This document shows, piece by piece, positions 9,053-18,630 of a stretch of 64,000 nucleotides of DNA. This DNA is from an uncultured bacterium (GTDB lineage: Bacteria > Krumholzibacteriota > Krumholzibacteriia > Krumholzibacteriales > Krumholzibacteriaceae): positions 3,926 through 67,925 of the forward strand of contig CAZREW010000017.1 of assembly GCA_964599375.1 (NCBI GenBank). Reading direction: 5' to 3'. Under the pieces are notes generated by a model. That model did not search any database, was not told the DNA's origin, and saw only the letters and a list, made by a program, of their open reading frames with translations. The first letter of the stretch is position 1; each line of letters begins with the position of its first letter. The position numbers and the translations under genes were made by a program.

Positions 9053-10213
9053 ATGCGGACATATGAGCGGACACATCCCTGGATAACTTATACTCTCGAT
9101 TTGAACAATGCCCGGTATATCCATTGGCTTATGCTGGGTGAAGCCCAGTCAAAATGCAAACATTTTGAGCGGGTGCCCCTTCTCCCCGCTGCAGCGGAGC
9201 GTCTGTACAGCGTCTTTCTCGCGAAGGGAGTGCTGGCGACAACAGCGATCGAAGGAAATACTCTTACTGAGGATGAGGTCATGAGGCACCTGGAAGGCAG
9301 GCTCGAGCTCCCCCCTTCCAAGGACTACCTGCTTCAGGAGATCGACAATATCATCGAAGCCTGCGGGGAGATCGGCGACCATGTACTGAAGGCTGAAGTC
9401 GCTGACATCTCCATCGAGACGGTCAAGCGATACAACAGCCTAGTCCTGAAGGACCTGCCGCTGGCTGAACATGTCGTCCCGGGCGAGATCCGTGATTATG
9501 TCGTAGGCGTGGGGCCCTACAAGGGTGCGCCTCCTGACGATTGTGAATACCTTCTCTCCGAGATGTGCGCCTGGATCAACCGGAGACTGGATGCCCCCGC
9601 CGAATACGGGATGGCGTTCGGGATACTGAAAGCCATCCTGGCCCATCTGTATCTTGCCTGGATACATCCTTTCGGGGATGGAAACGGCAGGACCGCGCGG
9701 CTTGTCGAGTTCCATCTGCTCCTGTCCGCGGGAGTCCCCGCCACGGCGGCACATCTCCTGAGCAGTCATTATAACCAGACCAGGACTGAGTACTACAGAC
9801 AACTCGGCCTGAGCCATAAGGCAGAAAACAATGTCTTCCTGTTCCTGGAGTACGCTCTCAGAGGATTCATCGACGGGCTCAAAGAACAAATCGACATCAT
9901 AAAGGACCAGCAGATGACGGTTCACTGGATAAACCATGTGCACACGGTGTTTAAAGACAGAGACAGCACGGCTGATCTTAGAAGGAGAAGGCTGGTGATC
10001 GACCTGTCCCAGATAGAGGAGCCCGTGCCCGTGTCCAGCATAAGGCACATTTCGCCGAGGATCGCTGAAGCATACGCGTCAAAGACGGAAAAAACGGTGA
10101 GGCGCGATCTGAACGCACTCGAATCGATGAACCTGATCGTCAAGTCCCGTGACGGAGTCAAGGCGCACAAGGAAGTCATGCTCGCATTTCTTTCGCCGGC
10201 TAGGAAAGGCTGA
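9053..10213 (+). CDS. fic: Fic family protein (class II, N-terminal inhibitory helix, C-terminal wHTH)
   Basis: Fic motif HPFGDGNGRTAR. N-terminal TTAIEGN matches (S/T)xxxE(G/N). The gene and its 190-nt upstream spacer are much more AT-rich than the flanks. Confidence 0.85.
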   Translation: MRTYERTHPWITYTLDLNNARYIHWLMLGEAQSKCKHFERVPLLPAAAERLYSVFLAKGVLATTAIEGNTLTEDEVMRHLEGRLELPPSKDYLLQEIDNIIEACGEIGDHVLKAEVADISIETVKRYNSLVLKDLPLAEHVVPGEIRDYVVGVGPYKGAPPDDCEYLLSEMCAWINRRLDAPAEYGMAFGILKAILAHLYLAWIHPFGDGNGRTARLVEFHLLLSAGVPATAAHLLSSHYNQTRTEYYRQLGLSHKAENNVFLFLEYALRGFIDGLKEQIDIIKDQQMTVHWINHVHTVFKDRDSTADLRRRRLVIDLSQIEEPVPVSSIRHISPRIAEAYASKTEKTVRRDLNALESMNLIVKSRDGVKAHKEVMLAFLSPARKG

Positions 10214-10218
10214 TAAGG

Positions 10219-13200
10219 ATGGCGGGATCACATCACAGTGATTTCAACAGGCGGATCGAAGCGCTGGGCGCGCGGCGCAGGCGCGCCGCGCTCGCGGGAG
10301 TGTTTTCGACCCTGCTCCTGCCGGCCGTAGCGGCCTGGATAGCGCTCTGCCTTCTGTCGCTCGCGGCGCTCGGCGGGCGGTACTTCCCGCTTGTCGCGTT
10401 CGTCGTATTCTGGTCGATCGTCGGGATTGCGGCCGTCGCGGCGGCTCTTCGGGTGCCGGCAGCCTTCGGGGGCGCGGCCAGGGCCGCGGCAGAGCTCGGC
10501 GCGAGCTCGGGTCGCGGGAGCCTTTTCGTCTCGGCGCTCGAGTTCGCCCGCGGTGGAGAGCGGCTCGCCGCGTACTCGCAGTACCTGGTCGCGGAGACCG
10601 TGCGGCGCGCCGGCGAGGAGCTCGGGTCGGTCGACGCCGCGCCGGTGATGGTGTCGGCCGGCAGGCCGGGAGCGACGGCGGCGGCATTTCTGCTCGGGCT
10701 GGTGGCGCTTCTTCTCGCCGTTGTCGACCCTGGCGGATCCCTCTCTGTCGGCTCGTTCATCTCCGACCCTCTTTACTCCTTCCGCGGCGAGCCGGTGAAC
10801 GGGCTCGCGGTGCCGGGGCGCGATATCGCGGCGATCTCCGGCGAGGACGTGACGGTCGCGGCGGTGAGGCTCGGCTCGCGGCGTGATCCGGTCAGCATCG
10901 AGTGGAGCACGGTGCCGGGAATCTGGAGGACAGGGAAGGCTGAGGCCGGGAGCGCCGGCGAGGGGGAGGCGTCGCTCGAGACCTTCGAGCACACCTTCAC
11001 CGAGCTGCGCGAGGACGTCACATTCAGGTTCGAGGCCGGCGGCGAGAGGACGGCTGAGGCGAGGATAGTGGTCGAGAGAAGGCCGGTGATCAACCGCGTC
11101 TCGGCGAGGCTCGACCATCCGGTCTATACCGGGGTGCCGGCTGATACGATAGAGACACTTACGGGGAGCGTCGCCGCCCCGGTCGGCACGAAGGTGACGC
11201 TCGCCGGCGAGACGAGCAGGCCCGTCGCAGCGGGAAGCATAAGGATGGCGTCGGGGGGTGATTCGGAGCTGGCCCCGTCGGCGCAGGGGTTCACGGGTAG
11301 CTTCACCGTCAGCGCAAAGGACACGGTGTACATCACCGTGACCGGCGAAAACGGGCTCGAATGCGAGGTGCCGTTCCGCGTGCCGGTCGTCCCGGTCCCG
11401 GACAGGCCGCCGGTCGTCGAGATACTGGCCCCCGGCGACGGCGACCTGCTGCCGCGCTCGCAGAGGGTCAGGCTCGTCCTTCGGGCCTGGGACGACTACG
11501 GGCTCACGGCGATAACGCTCTTCTACATGCTCGAGAGGCGAGGCGGGAACTGGCGCGAAGTGGCGCTCTACCCCGAAGGGCATCCGTGGCCCGCGAGGAT
11601 AGAGGGGCCGTACGACTGGTCGCTAGAGGACGAGCGGATAATGCCGGGCGACAGGGTCCTCTATTATCTCGAAGTGCGCGACAATAACGCGGTGACCGGG
11701 CCCTCTTCGTCGCGCACCGAGACGAGGACGCTGCGCGTCCCGTCCCTTTCCGAGCTGTACGCCGACTCGCGCGAGCGCGAGGATGCGCAGAAGAAGGAGA
11801 TGGACGACATCCTCGAGGAAGGGCGCGATATAAAGGAGCGGATCACCGAGCTCTCCGAGGAGATACGCGCCGAGGGCGAGATGGACTGGAGCCGCCGCAG
11901 CGAGGCGGGCGAGCTGCTCGAGCAGCAGAAGAGGCTGCAGGAGAAATTGAAAGATGCGGCAGGAAGGCTCGACGAGACGCTCGAGTCGCTCGAGGCGAAC
12001 CGGATGACATCGGCCGAGGTCGGCGAGAAGCTCGAGCAGATACAGTCGCTGATACAGAATATAGAGAGTGAGGAGCTGCGTGATGCGATCGAGAAGCTCC
12101 GCTCGATGATGGAGGAGGCCGACCCCGACCAGGTCGCCTCCGCGATGCAGGACATAGAGATGACGGCCGAGAAGCTGATGGAGAGCCTCGACCGGACGAT
12201 AGAGCTGCTTCAGCGCCTTCTCGACGAGCAGAAGGTCGAGGAGATGATGCGCAGGATGGAGGAGATGCTCGCCGAGCAGCGCGAGCTGCGCGATTCGACG
12301 CTCGCCGGCGGCGGCGAGAAGACGGCCGACGACCAGGACCGTCTCGGGGACGAGTACGGGGAGTTCGAGAAGGACCTCGGGGAGTTCTCGGAGCAGACGA
12401 AGAGCCAGCAGGCATCCGACCTCGAGCAGATGGCCGAGCAGGCCTCCTCTTCCGGGGTCGATTCGCTGATGAAGTCGGCGGCCGGGGATATCCGAGAGGG
12501 CCAGATGGAAGGCGCGGCGAGCTGCCAGTCCAGCGCCATCTCTAAGATGATCTCTCTCTACACGAAGCTCGGGAAATGCCAGATGTCGATGTCGTCGATG
12601 ATGGACGAACAGGTCAACGAGGAGGTAGAACGCGCCGTCGTCGACCTGGTCGAGACCTCGAAGCTCCAGGAGGATTACGCCGCCTCGCTCGCATCCTCGG
12701 GGGGCAGGCTGCCCGTCCGCGCGATGATCGGCGGTCAGCTCGAGATACGCGACGCGGTCTCGGCGATCACCGACCACCTCTACGAAGTGGCGAGAATGAG
12801 CCTGCGGATATCGCAGGACGCCTTCATCGAGCTGGGGTTCGCGATCGCCTCGATGGACCAGGCGATGAGCGAGATAGAGTCGCGCAAGACGGGCGACGCC
12901 GCGCGCACGGCCGCGCGCGTCCCCGAGAGGATCAACGTCGCAGCGATAAGGCTCCTCGAATCGACCTCGTCGAGCGGCTCGAGCGCCGGCGGCGGGGGGC
13001 AGGGGATGCAGAAGCTCTCCGGCGGCCAGAGCCGGATCGACAACGGGATGCGCGACCTGATCGGCGGCCAGGGACAGGGATGGACGATGGAGCAGAGGGC
13101 TGCGATGGAGAGGATGGCGGCCGAGCAGCGCAGCATGAGCGAGCTCCTCGATCAGATACTCGAGGAGGGAAGCGGGTCGCAGCCGACGCTTGGCGACCTG

Positions 13201-13536
13201 AGCGATCTCGGCGGGGATATGGAGGAGATCGCCCGGCGACTCGAGAGGGGAGATCTCGACAGCGAGCTCCTCGATCGGGAGGAACGGGTGCTGAGCAGGC
13301 TTCTCGAGTCTCAGAGATCGCTGAGCCGCCGCGACTACAGCCGACGCCGCAAGAGCCGCACCGGCGATGACCTGCGCGGCGTCGACCCGGGGGATCGCTA
13401 TTACGCGCCCGACGACAGGGAGGTCCTGCTCGACCGCATAAGGCGGGCGATGAGAGAGAAGGGGCCGGCCGAGTACGAGGAGCTCAACCGCCTCTACTTC
13501 AGAGCGCTTTCGGGGAAAGCGAGGGAGGTGAGATGA
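10219..13536 (+). CDS. large (1105 aa) membrane-anchored protein: N-terminal double-TM domain plus long hyper-acidic coiled-coil region (DUF4175-like)
   Basis: Two N-terminal TM helices (VFSTLLLPAVAAWIALCLLSLAALGG and LVAFVVFWSIVGIAAVAAAL). The central ~260 aa are extremely E/D/L-rich with heptad-like repeats (nt ~11700-12500). I see no vWA motif. Confidence 0.6.
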   Translation: MAGSHHSDFNRRIEALGARRRRAALAGVFSTLLLPAVAAWIALCLLSLAALGGRYFPLVAFVVFWSIVGIAAVAAALRVPAAFGGAARAAAELGASSGRGSLFVSALEFARGGERLAAYSQYLVAETVRRAGEELGSVDAAPVMVSAGRPGATAAAFLLGLVALLLAVVDPGGSLSVGSFISDPLYSFRGEPVNGLAVPGRDIAAISGEDVTVAAVRLGSRRDPVSIEWSTVPGIWRTGKAEAGSAGEGEASLETFEHTFTELREDVTFRFEAGGERTAEARIVVERRPVINRVSARLDHPVYTGVPADTIETLTGSVAAPVGTKVTLAGETSRPVAAGSIRMASGGDSELAPSAQGFTGSFTVSAKDTVYITVTGENGLECEVPFRVPVVPVPDRPPVVEILAPGDGDLLPRSQRVRLVLRAWDDYGLTAITLFYMLERRGGNWREVALYPEGHPWPARIEGPYDWSLEDERIMPGDRVLYYLEVRDNNAVTGPSSSRTETRTLRVPSLSELYADSREREDAQKKEMDDILEEGRDIKERITELSEEIRAEGEMDWSRRSEAGELLEQQKRLQEKLKDAAGRLDETLESLEANRMTSAEVGEKLEQIQSLIQNIESEELRDAIEKLRSMMEEADPDQVASAMQDIEMTAEKLMESLDRTIELLQRLLDEQKVEEMMRRMEEMLAEQRELRDSTLAGGGEKTADDQDRLGDEYGEFEKDLGEFSEQTKSQQASDLEQMAEQASSSGVDSLMKSAAGDIREGQMEGAASCQSSAISKMISLYTKLGKCQMSMSSMMDEQVNEEVERAVVDLVETSKLQEDYAASLASSGGRLPVRAMIGGQLEIRDAVSAITDHLYEVARMSLRISQDAFIELGFAIASMDQAMSEIESRKTGDAARTAARVPERINVAAIRLLESTSSSGSSAGGGGQGMQKLSGGQSRIDNGMRDLIGGQGQGWTMEQRAAMERMAAEQRSMSELLDQILEEGSGSQPTLGDLSDLGGDMEEIARRLERGDLDSELLDREERVLSRLLESQRSLSRRDYSRRRKSRTGDDLRGVDPGDRYYAPDDREVLLDRIRRAMREKGPAEYEELNRLYFRALSGKAREVR

Positions 13537-15404
13537 GAAGGGCGGCGAACCTGTTTCTCCTCTTCCTTCTGGTGGCCGCCGTCCCGGCCGCGGGCCAGAA
13601 GAATGAGGACGGGTCGGTCGACGGCGCGGCCAGGGCGCTTCGCGCCGAGGCGTTGGCCGCGATGAACGCCGGGGACTACGCCGGCGCGATCGGGCCGCTG
13701 AGGGAGTTCCTCGCGAGGTACCCGGGCCACTACGCCGAGAGCACTCTGCTGGCCAACTGCTACCTGGGCGCAGGGAGGTTCGAGGAGGCGGCCGCCTTCC
13801 TCGAGGAGGCGGTGAAGAGATGGGCCGGCGACATCCAGATGATCGAGATGCTCGGGCAGGCTTATCTCGAGACGGGGCAGCCCGAGAAGGCGGTCTCGGT
13901 ATGGCACTCGGTCCTGACCGGGAACGAAAGGGACGTGCCGATGTACCTGAAGGTCTCGAGGGCGGAATGGAACGCTGGGATGTACGACCAGGCGATCTCC
14001 ACACTGAAGGAGGCCCGTAGGTTCGAGAAGCAATACGCGCGGCTCACCGCCGAGATAGTCCGGATGGAACAGACCAGAGGGAACTACCGGGGGGCGTTCA
14101 TCGAGGCGCTTCCGGGGTTCGAGATGGAGGATATCCCCGACCTCGGGCGGGCCTCCGGCGCGATACGCTCGTTCAGGGAGGCGGGAAGCCCGCCGGAGCT
14201 GATCGCCGCCGTGGATTCGTTCGCCTCTCACGGCAAAAGGAACGCGGTCTTCTTCCAGACGCTCGGCGCGGCGCTTCGCGTCGACACCGGCGACTACAGC
14301 CGGGCGTCGGACTACCTGATCCTCGCCGGCTCGGGGAAGGTGCCGGAGCAGGATGTATACTCGCTGGTCCTTCATCTCTATTCGCTCGGTGGGAAGGCGG
14401 GAGATCCGGCGTTCGAGAGCTACCTCGAGCGGGCGTCCTCGACGTTCGTACGAAGATTCGGGGATTCACCGAGGGCGCCGAGGGTGCTGCTCGAGGCCGC
14501 CGGGCACGCCGAGCTCGCGGCGGGGCGCGGGGGGGCCGGAGAGCGCGAAAGCGCCCTGCGGGCGGTGGCCCTGGCCGACAGCACGATATCGCACAGGCGC
14601 GGGCGGCCCTACATGGAGAAGGCCCTCCTGGTAAAGGCCAGGGTGTATCTCGAGCACCTTCACGATCCCGCCGCTGCGCTAAGAGCGGTCGACGGCGGGC
14701 AGTGGCGCCACCCGGACACGGCGGCCGAGGCCGCCTCGATAAGGCTCGAGGCGCTCGTCCTTTCGGGACGGTGGGACGAGGCCATGAAGAGGTTTGAGGC
14801 GCTCTGCGCCTCTCCCGACTCATCGCTCGCCGCCTCGGGAAAGTACGGCAAGGGCATGGTACTCTTCTACCGGGGGAAGTTCGAAGAGTCGGCGAAGCTC
14901 CTCTCGGAGACTGCCGCGGAGGCGCCATGGGGCGAGTGGGCCAACGACGCCCTGGCGACGGCCGTTCTGATAAGGCGCGCCGAGTCGGACGACCCCGCCG
15001 TCCTCGCCTCGTTCGCATCGGCGATGTCGGCCGGCGGGAGCGGCAGGTACGGCGAGGCCGCCGATTCGCTCTCCGCGGTCGCGGTGAGGTTCCCAGGCTC
15101 TCCGCTCGCGCCTGAGGCGCTCTACCAGAGCGCGCTCCTTCTCGAACGCGCGGGAAGGCACGGCGAGTCGGTCGCGGCGCTCGAGGAGGTCGCGGGGACC
15201 TGGCCGCTCAGCAGGGTCGCGCCGCGGGCGGTGGAGACGCTCGCCCGCCTCTTCGAGGAGCCCGACCCCGAGGCGTCGGCGCGCTGGTACGCCCTCTTTC
15301 TAGAGCGATACGGGGACGACCCCTGGGTGACGAGGGTGCGCAGCAGGTATATAAGGCTGAGGAAGATAATGGGAGGCGGAACGCCCGGGGAGGACGAGAC
15401 ATGA
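13533..15404 (+). CDS. secreted TPR-repeat protein
   Basis: ATGA overlap with the upstream gene. Signal peptide MRRAANLFLLFLLVAAVPAAGQ. Repeated A/Y/L-rich TPR-like helices throughout. Confidence 0.6.
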   Translation: MRRAANLFLLFLLVAAVPAAGQKNEDGSVDGAARALRAEALAAMNAGDYAGAIGPLREFLARYPGHYAESTLLANCYLGAGRFEEAAAFLEEAVKRWAGDIQMIEMLGQAYLETGQPEKAVSVWHSVLTGNERDVPMYLKVSRAEWNAGMYDQAISTLKEARRFEKQYARLTAEIVRMEQTRGNYRGAFIEALPGFEMEDIPDLGRASGAIRSFREAGSPPELIAAVDSFASHGKRNAVFFQTLGAALRVDTGDYSRASDYLILAGSGKVPEQDVYSLVLHLYSLGGKAGDPAFESYLERASSTFVRRFGDSPRAPRVLLEAAGHAELAAGRGGAGERESALRAVALADSTISHRRGRPYMEKALLVKARVYLEHLHDPAAALRAVDGGQWRHPDTAAEAASIRLEALVLSGRWDEAMKRFEALCASPDSSLAASGKYGKGMVLFYRGKFEESAKLLSETAAEAPWGEWANDALATAVLIRRAESDDPAVLASFASAMSAGGSGRYGEAADSLSAVAVRFPGSPLAPEALYQSALLLERAGRHGESVAALEEVAGTWPLSRVAPRAVETLARLFEEPDPEASARWYALFLERYGDDPWVTRVRSRYIRLRKIMGGGTPGEDET

Positions 15405-16684
15405 GAACGATAAGGATGCTACTTCAGGCGGCGGCGGTGCTCCTTTCGATAGCCGTAGTGATCCTGGCGGCGACTTCGGACGCTTCCGCCGATTTCCTCG
15501 TCCCGATGGACCTCTCGCAGTCGAACCATCTGAAGGCGTACGGCCTCGCCTACCACGTCCTCGAGCGCGGGGGGAACGTCCGGTGGCTGCTCAACTACCG
15601 CGGCGGCTCCTTCCTTATGCCCGAGACGGCCGGCCTGACGCTCGAGGCGCAGGCGCTCGGGGTGAGGATGGAAAGGGTCGACGGGTCCGCGATCGCGGCG
15701 ATACTGAAGGAGATAGACGGGGGGAACATGGATGTGGTCCTCCTCGAGAAGGCGCCCAGGATCGCGATCTACGCGCCGCCGAACAAGCAGCCGTGGGACG
15801 ACGCCGTGATGATGGCCCTCGAGTACGCCGGCATCCCTTACAAGATCGTCTACGACCGCGAGGTCCTCGCCGGGGAGCTCCAGCTCTACGACTGGCTCCA
15901 CCTCCACCACGAGGATTTCACCGGCCAGTACGGGAAGTTCTACCGAGGCTACCAGACCGCCGAGTGGTACATAAGGCAGCAGATCCTCTTCGAGGAGATC
16001 GCGAAGTCGCTCGGGTACGACAAGGTCTCCGACGAGAAGAAGGCGGTCGCGGAGATGATCCGCGAGTACGTGCGCGCGGGGGGGTTCCTGTTCGCGATGT
16101 GCTCGGCCTGCGACACGGTCGACCTCGCCCTGGCCGCCCACGGGATAGACATCGTGCCGCGGCAGTTCGACCACGACGGGACGACGCCTCTCTGCCAGGA
16201 AAAACTCGATTACTCGAGATGCTTCGCGTTCGAGGGGTTCACGCTCGAGATGAACCCGATGGTGTACGAGTTCTCCGATATAGACATGACGATGGAGGCG
16301 GCCGCGCGCGGCGAGGGGAACGACTGGTTCACCCTCTTCGAGTTCTCCGCGAAGCACGACCCGGTGCCGACGATGCTCGTCCAGGACCATGTCCCGGTCA
16401 TAAAGGGGTTCATGGGGCAGACGACCTCGTTCCGCAAGTCGCTGCTGAAAAAGAAGGTCCTTGTGCTCGGCGAGGTGAAGGGATCGGACGAGGCGCGCTA
16501 CATACACGGGAACTTCGGCAAGGGGACATTCACGTTCTTCGGCGGCCACGACCCCGAGGACTACCAGCACTTCGTCGGCGACCCCCCGACCGACCTCGAC
16601 CTCTACCCGAACTCGCCGGGATACAGGCTGATACTGAACAACATCCTCTTCCCAGCGGCGAGAAAGAAGGAGCAGAAGACCTGA
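15401..16684 (+). CDS. secreted protein with probable class-I glutamine-amidotransferase-like (ThuA/DUF4159-like) fold
   Basis: ATGA overlap with the TPR gene. Signal peptide MRTIRMLLQAAAVLLSIAVVILAATSDASA. The alpha/beta pattern includes a conserved Cys (FLFAMCSACDT). The fold call is inference. Confidence 0.5.
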   Translation: MRTIRMLLQAAAVLLSIAVVILAATSDASADFLVPMDLSQSNHLKAYGLAYHVLERGGNVRWLLNYRGGSFLMPETAGLTLEAQALGVRMERVDGSAIAAILKEIDGGNMDVVLLEKAPRIAIYAPPNKQPWDDAVMMALEYAGIPYKIVYDREVLAGELQLYDWLHLHHEDFTGQYGKFYRGYQTAEWYIRQQILFEEIAKSLGYDKVSDEKKAVAEMIREYVRAGGFLFAMCSACDTVDLALAAHGIDIVPRQFDHDGTTPLCQEKLDYSRCFAFEGFTLEMNPMVYEFSDIDMTMEAAARGEGNDWFTLFEFSAKHDPVPTMLVQDHVPVIKGFMGQTTSFRKSLLKKKVLVLGEVKGSDEARYIHGNFGKGTFTFFGGHDPEDYQHFVGDPPTDLDLYPNSPGYRLILNNILFPAARKKEQKT

Positions 16685-17772
16685 TGGGATCCCTGCCTGT
16701 CAAAGCAGTCCCCGCCGACGCGAGGGAGATATTCGCGCTGATCGTCTCCTGCCGTGACGCCATGCGGGGGTCGGGGATGGAGCAATGGCCCGATTTCTAC
16801 CCCGACCTCGATACCGTCAGGGACGACATATCGCGGGGGGCCCTGTGGATATACCGCGACGGTGGCCCGATCGTCGCCGCCATGACGGTCGACGACATCC
16901 AGCCCGGGCCGTACGACGGGATCGAATGGAAGTACGGCGGGCTGTACATCTGCGTCCACCGCCTCGCCGTCGACCCGGCAAGTCAGAGGGAGGGGATAGC
17001 GGGCCGGATGATGGCGTTCGCCGAGGAGGAGGCTCTCCGCAGGGGGCGCAGATCGGTCCGGCTCGACACTTACGGGCTCAACACTGCGGCGGTGAGGTTC
17101 TACGAGGGTCTCGGTTACAGGCGAAGGGGGACCATACACCTCCCCAAGAAGGAGGGAGAGTACATCTGCTTCGAGAAGAGCCTTGCGCCCTTCCCTCCGG
17201 ACCGGTTCCGCGCGCTCGTCTCGGGAAGCAGGAGCGTCCGCAGGTTCAGGGAGGACGTCCCGGTCAGCAGAGAGATGCTCGAGGAGCTCGCCGGGCTGGC
17301 AAGGCTCGCCCCGTCGGGGGGGAACAAGCAGCCGCTAAAATTCATGCTCTCGTCGGGGGAGCCACGAAACGGGATGATATTCCCCCACCTGCGCTGGGCG
17401 GGGTACATGCAGGACTGGGACGGTCCCGCCGAGGGGGAGAGGCCTGCGGCCTACATCGTCATCCTCGGAGATACGGAGATCACCGAGAGCTTCGGCACCG
17501 ATCACGGCATATCGGCGCAGACGATCATGCTCGGCGCCGCCTCGATGGGGCTCGCCGGGTGCATAGTCGGGTCGGTGGACCGCAAGGGGCTGCGCGTGGT
17601 CCTAGGAATACCGGTCAGTTACGAGATACTCTACGTCCTCGCGCTCGGGTACCCGGCAGAAGAGGTCGTCATCGAGGAAGTCAGGGAAGGCGACATCAGG
17701 TACTGGCGCTCCGGGGACGGGGTACATCACGTGCCGAAACGGTCCCTCAACGAGATCCTGTTCGAACCGTAA
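16684..17772 (+). CDS. GNAT acetyltransferase fused to a nitroreductase-family domain
   Basis: ATG 16684 shares its A with the upstream TGA. N-terminal half is GNAT (RLAVDPASQREGIAGRMMAFAEEEALRRGRRSVRLDT, acetyl-CoA site). C-terminal half is nitroreductase-like (VRRFREDVPVS...GGNKQP...GYPAEE). The 729-aa ORF 15583-17772 is an out-of-frame extension. Confidence 0.7.
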   Translation: MGSLPVKAVPADAREIFALIVSCRDAMRGSGMEQWPDFYPDLDTVRDDISRGALWIYRDGGPIVAAMTVDDIQPGPYDGIEWKYGGLYICVHRLAVDPASQREGIAGRMMAFAEEEALRRGRRSVRLDTYGLNTAAVRFYEGLGYRRRGTIHLPKKEGEYICFEKSLAPFPPDRFRALVSGSRSVRRFREDVPVSREMLEELAGLARLAPSGGNKQPLKFMLSSGEPRNGMIFPHLRWAGYMQDWDGPAEGERPAAYIVILGDTEITESFGTDHGISAQTIMLGAASMGLAGCIVGSVDRKGLRVVLGIPVSYEILYVLALGYPAEEVVIEEVREGDIRYWRSGDGVHHVPKRSLNEILFEP

Positions 17773-17774
17773 GA

Positions 17775-18239
17775 TTATTTAGCGCGCCCCAGGATCTGCT
17801 CGACCTGCTTTTCCATAGCCTCGTAGTGCGAGCCCTTCCAGTACACCCTGCCGCACCAGACGCACTCGCGAAACTCCTTGAATTCCCTGGCGATACGCGG
17901 AGGCACCCTCGGCTCGGCCTCTTGCGGCGATATCTCGCGCAGGGGCTTGTTGCACTCGAGGCAGATCGTGAAGGGCTCGAGCTCCGGCGTCTCGCCGATC
18001 GCGATGAAGAGCTCTGCGATCATCTCCGCGGCGCCAGAGAGGCGCAGAACGATGGGGGGCCTGCCGCGCCTGTCGAGCGGCCGGGTGGCGGTGGTCACGG
18101 CGGTGCGGCCGTCCGCTTCTGCGTCGGCGAGGAAGTACGGGCTCCTGCCCGGGGCCACGAGCTCGCAGTCCAGCCCCAGCATCCGCATCTTCCTGCAGAG
18201 CCTGCCGAGCATACCGTCGAGCAGGAAACGTCTTTTCAT
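17775..18239 (-). CDS. Mut7-C RNase domain (DUF82) protein
   Basis: MLGRLCRKMRMLGLDCELV...CLECNKPLREI...CVWCGRVYWKGSHYE is typical of PF01927. Its stop is 2 nt from the stop of the convergent + gene. Confidence 0.65.
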   Translation of the reverse strand: MKRRFLLDGMLGRLCRKMRMLGLDCELVAPGRSPYFLADAEADGRTAVTTATRPLDRRGRPPIVLRLSGAAEMIAELFIAIGETPELEPFTICLECNKPLREISPQEAEPRVPPRIAREFKEFRECVWCGRVYWKGSHYEAMEKQVEQILGRAK

Positions 18240-18401
18240 GGCAGCCGGGCCCCGTCCCGGGGGTGTGGAAAAGAGTTCAATTTTCCTTGACAGCCTAGCA
18301 GAAACTCTTAAAGATGAGTAGCCACAAAGGTAGGGATGTCGTGTTACGGTGGTGATTAAGACGGAGATGGAGGTGAGAGGTCCGGTTGGAGGGGATGCCG
18401 G

Positions 18402-18602
18402 ATGGGGAACATGCCGGAAGAATTTACAGGATGTCTCAAGTGTAACAAGGGTGTTTTGCTGCCCCTCTCTGATTACGGAAGGGACGGCGCGCCGATCCGC
18501 TACAAGGCCTGGGTCTGCAACAATCCCGATTGCGGGTTCAATATCAGGATAGACAACGGGGAGATCAGCATCGGCAAGGACCTGGGCTATTCATCGAAAT
18601 GA
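18402..18602 (+). CDS. small zinc-ribbon protein (CxxC...CxxC)
   Basis: CLKCNKGV...WVCNNPDCGF is a four-Cys zinc ribbon. GGAGGGG lies 13 nt upstream. The gene sits in an otherwise non-coding gap and is followed by a terminator. Confidence 0.4.
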   Translation: MGNMPEEFTGCLKCNKGVLLPLSDYGRDGAPIRYKAWVCNNPDCGFNIRIDNGEISIGKDLGYSSK

Positions 18603-18630
18603 CCCCGGACTGACAGATCAACGGCAAATG

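Noticed and set aside
11623-14004. 793-aa minus-strand ORF overlapping the giant coiled-coil and TPR genes
   Set aside because: The translation is P/R/S-rich and mirrors the GAG/CTC-rich sense strand. The + strand genes have signal peptides, TM anchors and ATGA coupling.
15583-17772. 729-aa + strand ORF spanning the GATase1-like and GNAT-nitroreductase genes
   Set aside because: Its 5' 1100 nt is an alternative frame inside gene 15401-16684 with an R/G/P-rich translation. The real gene starts at ATG 16684, where it overlaps the upstream TGA.
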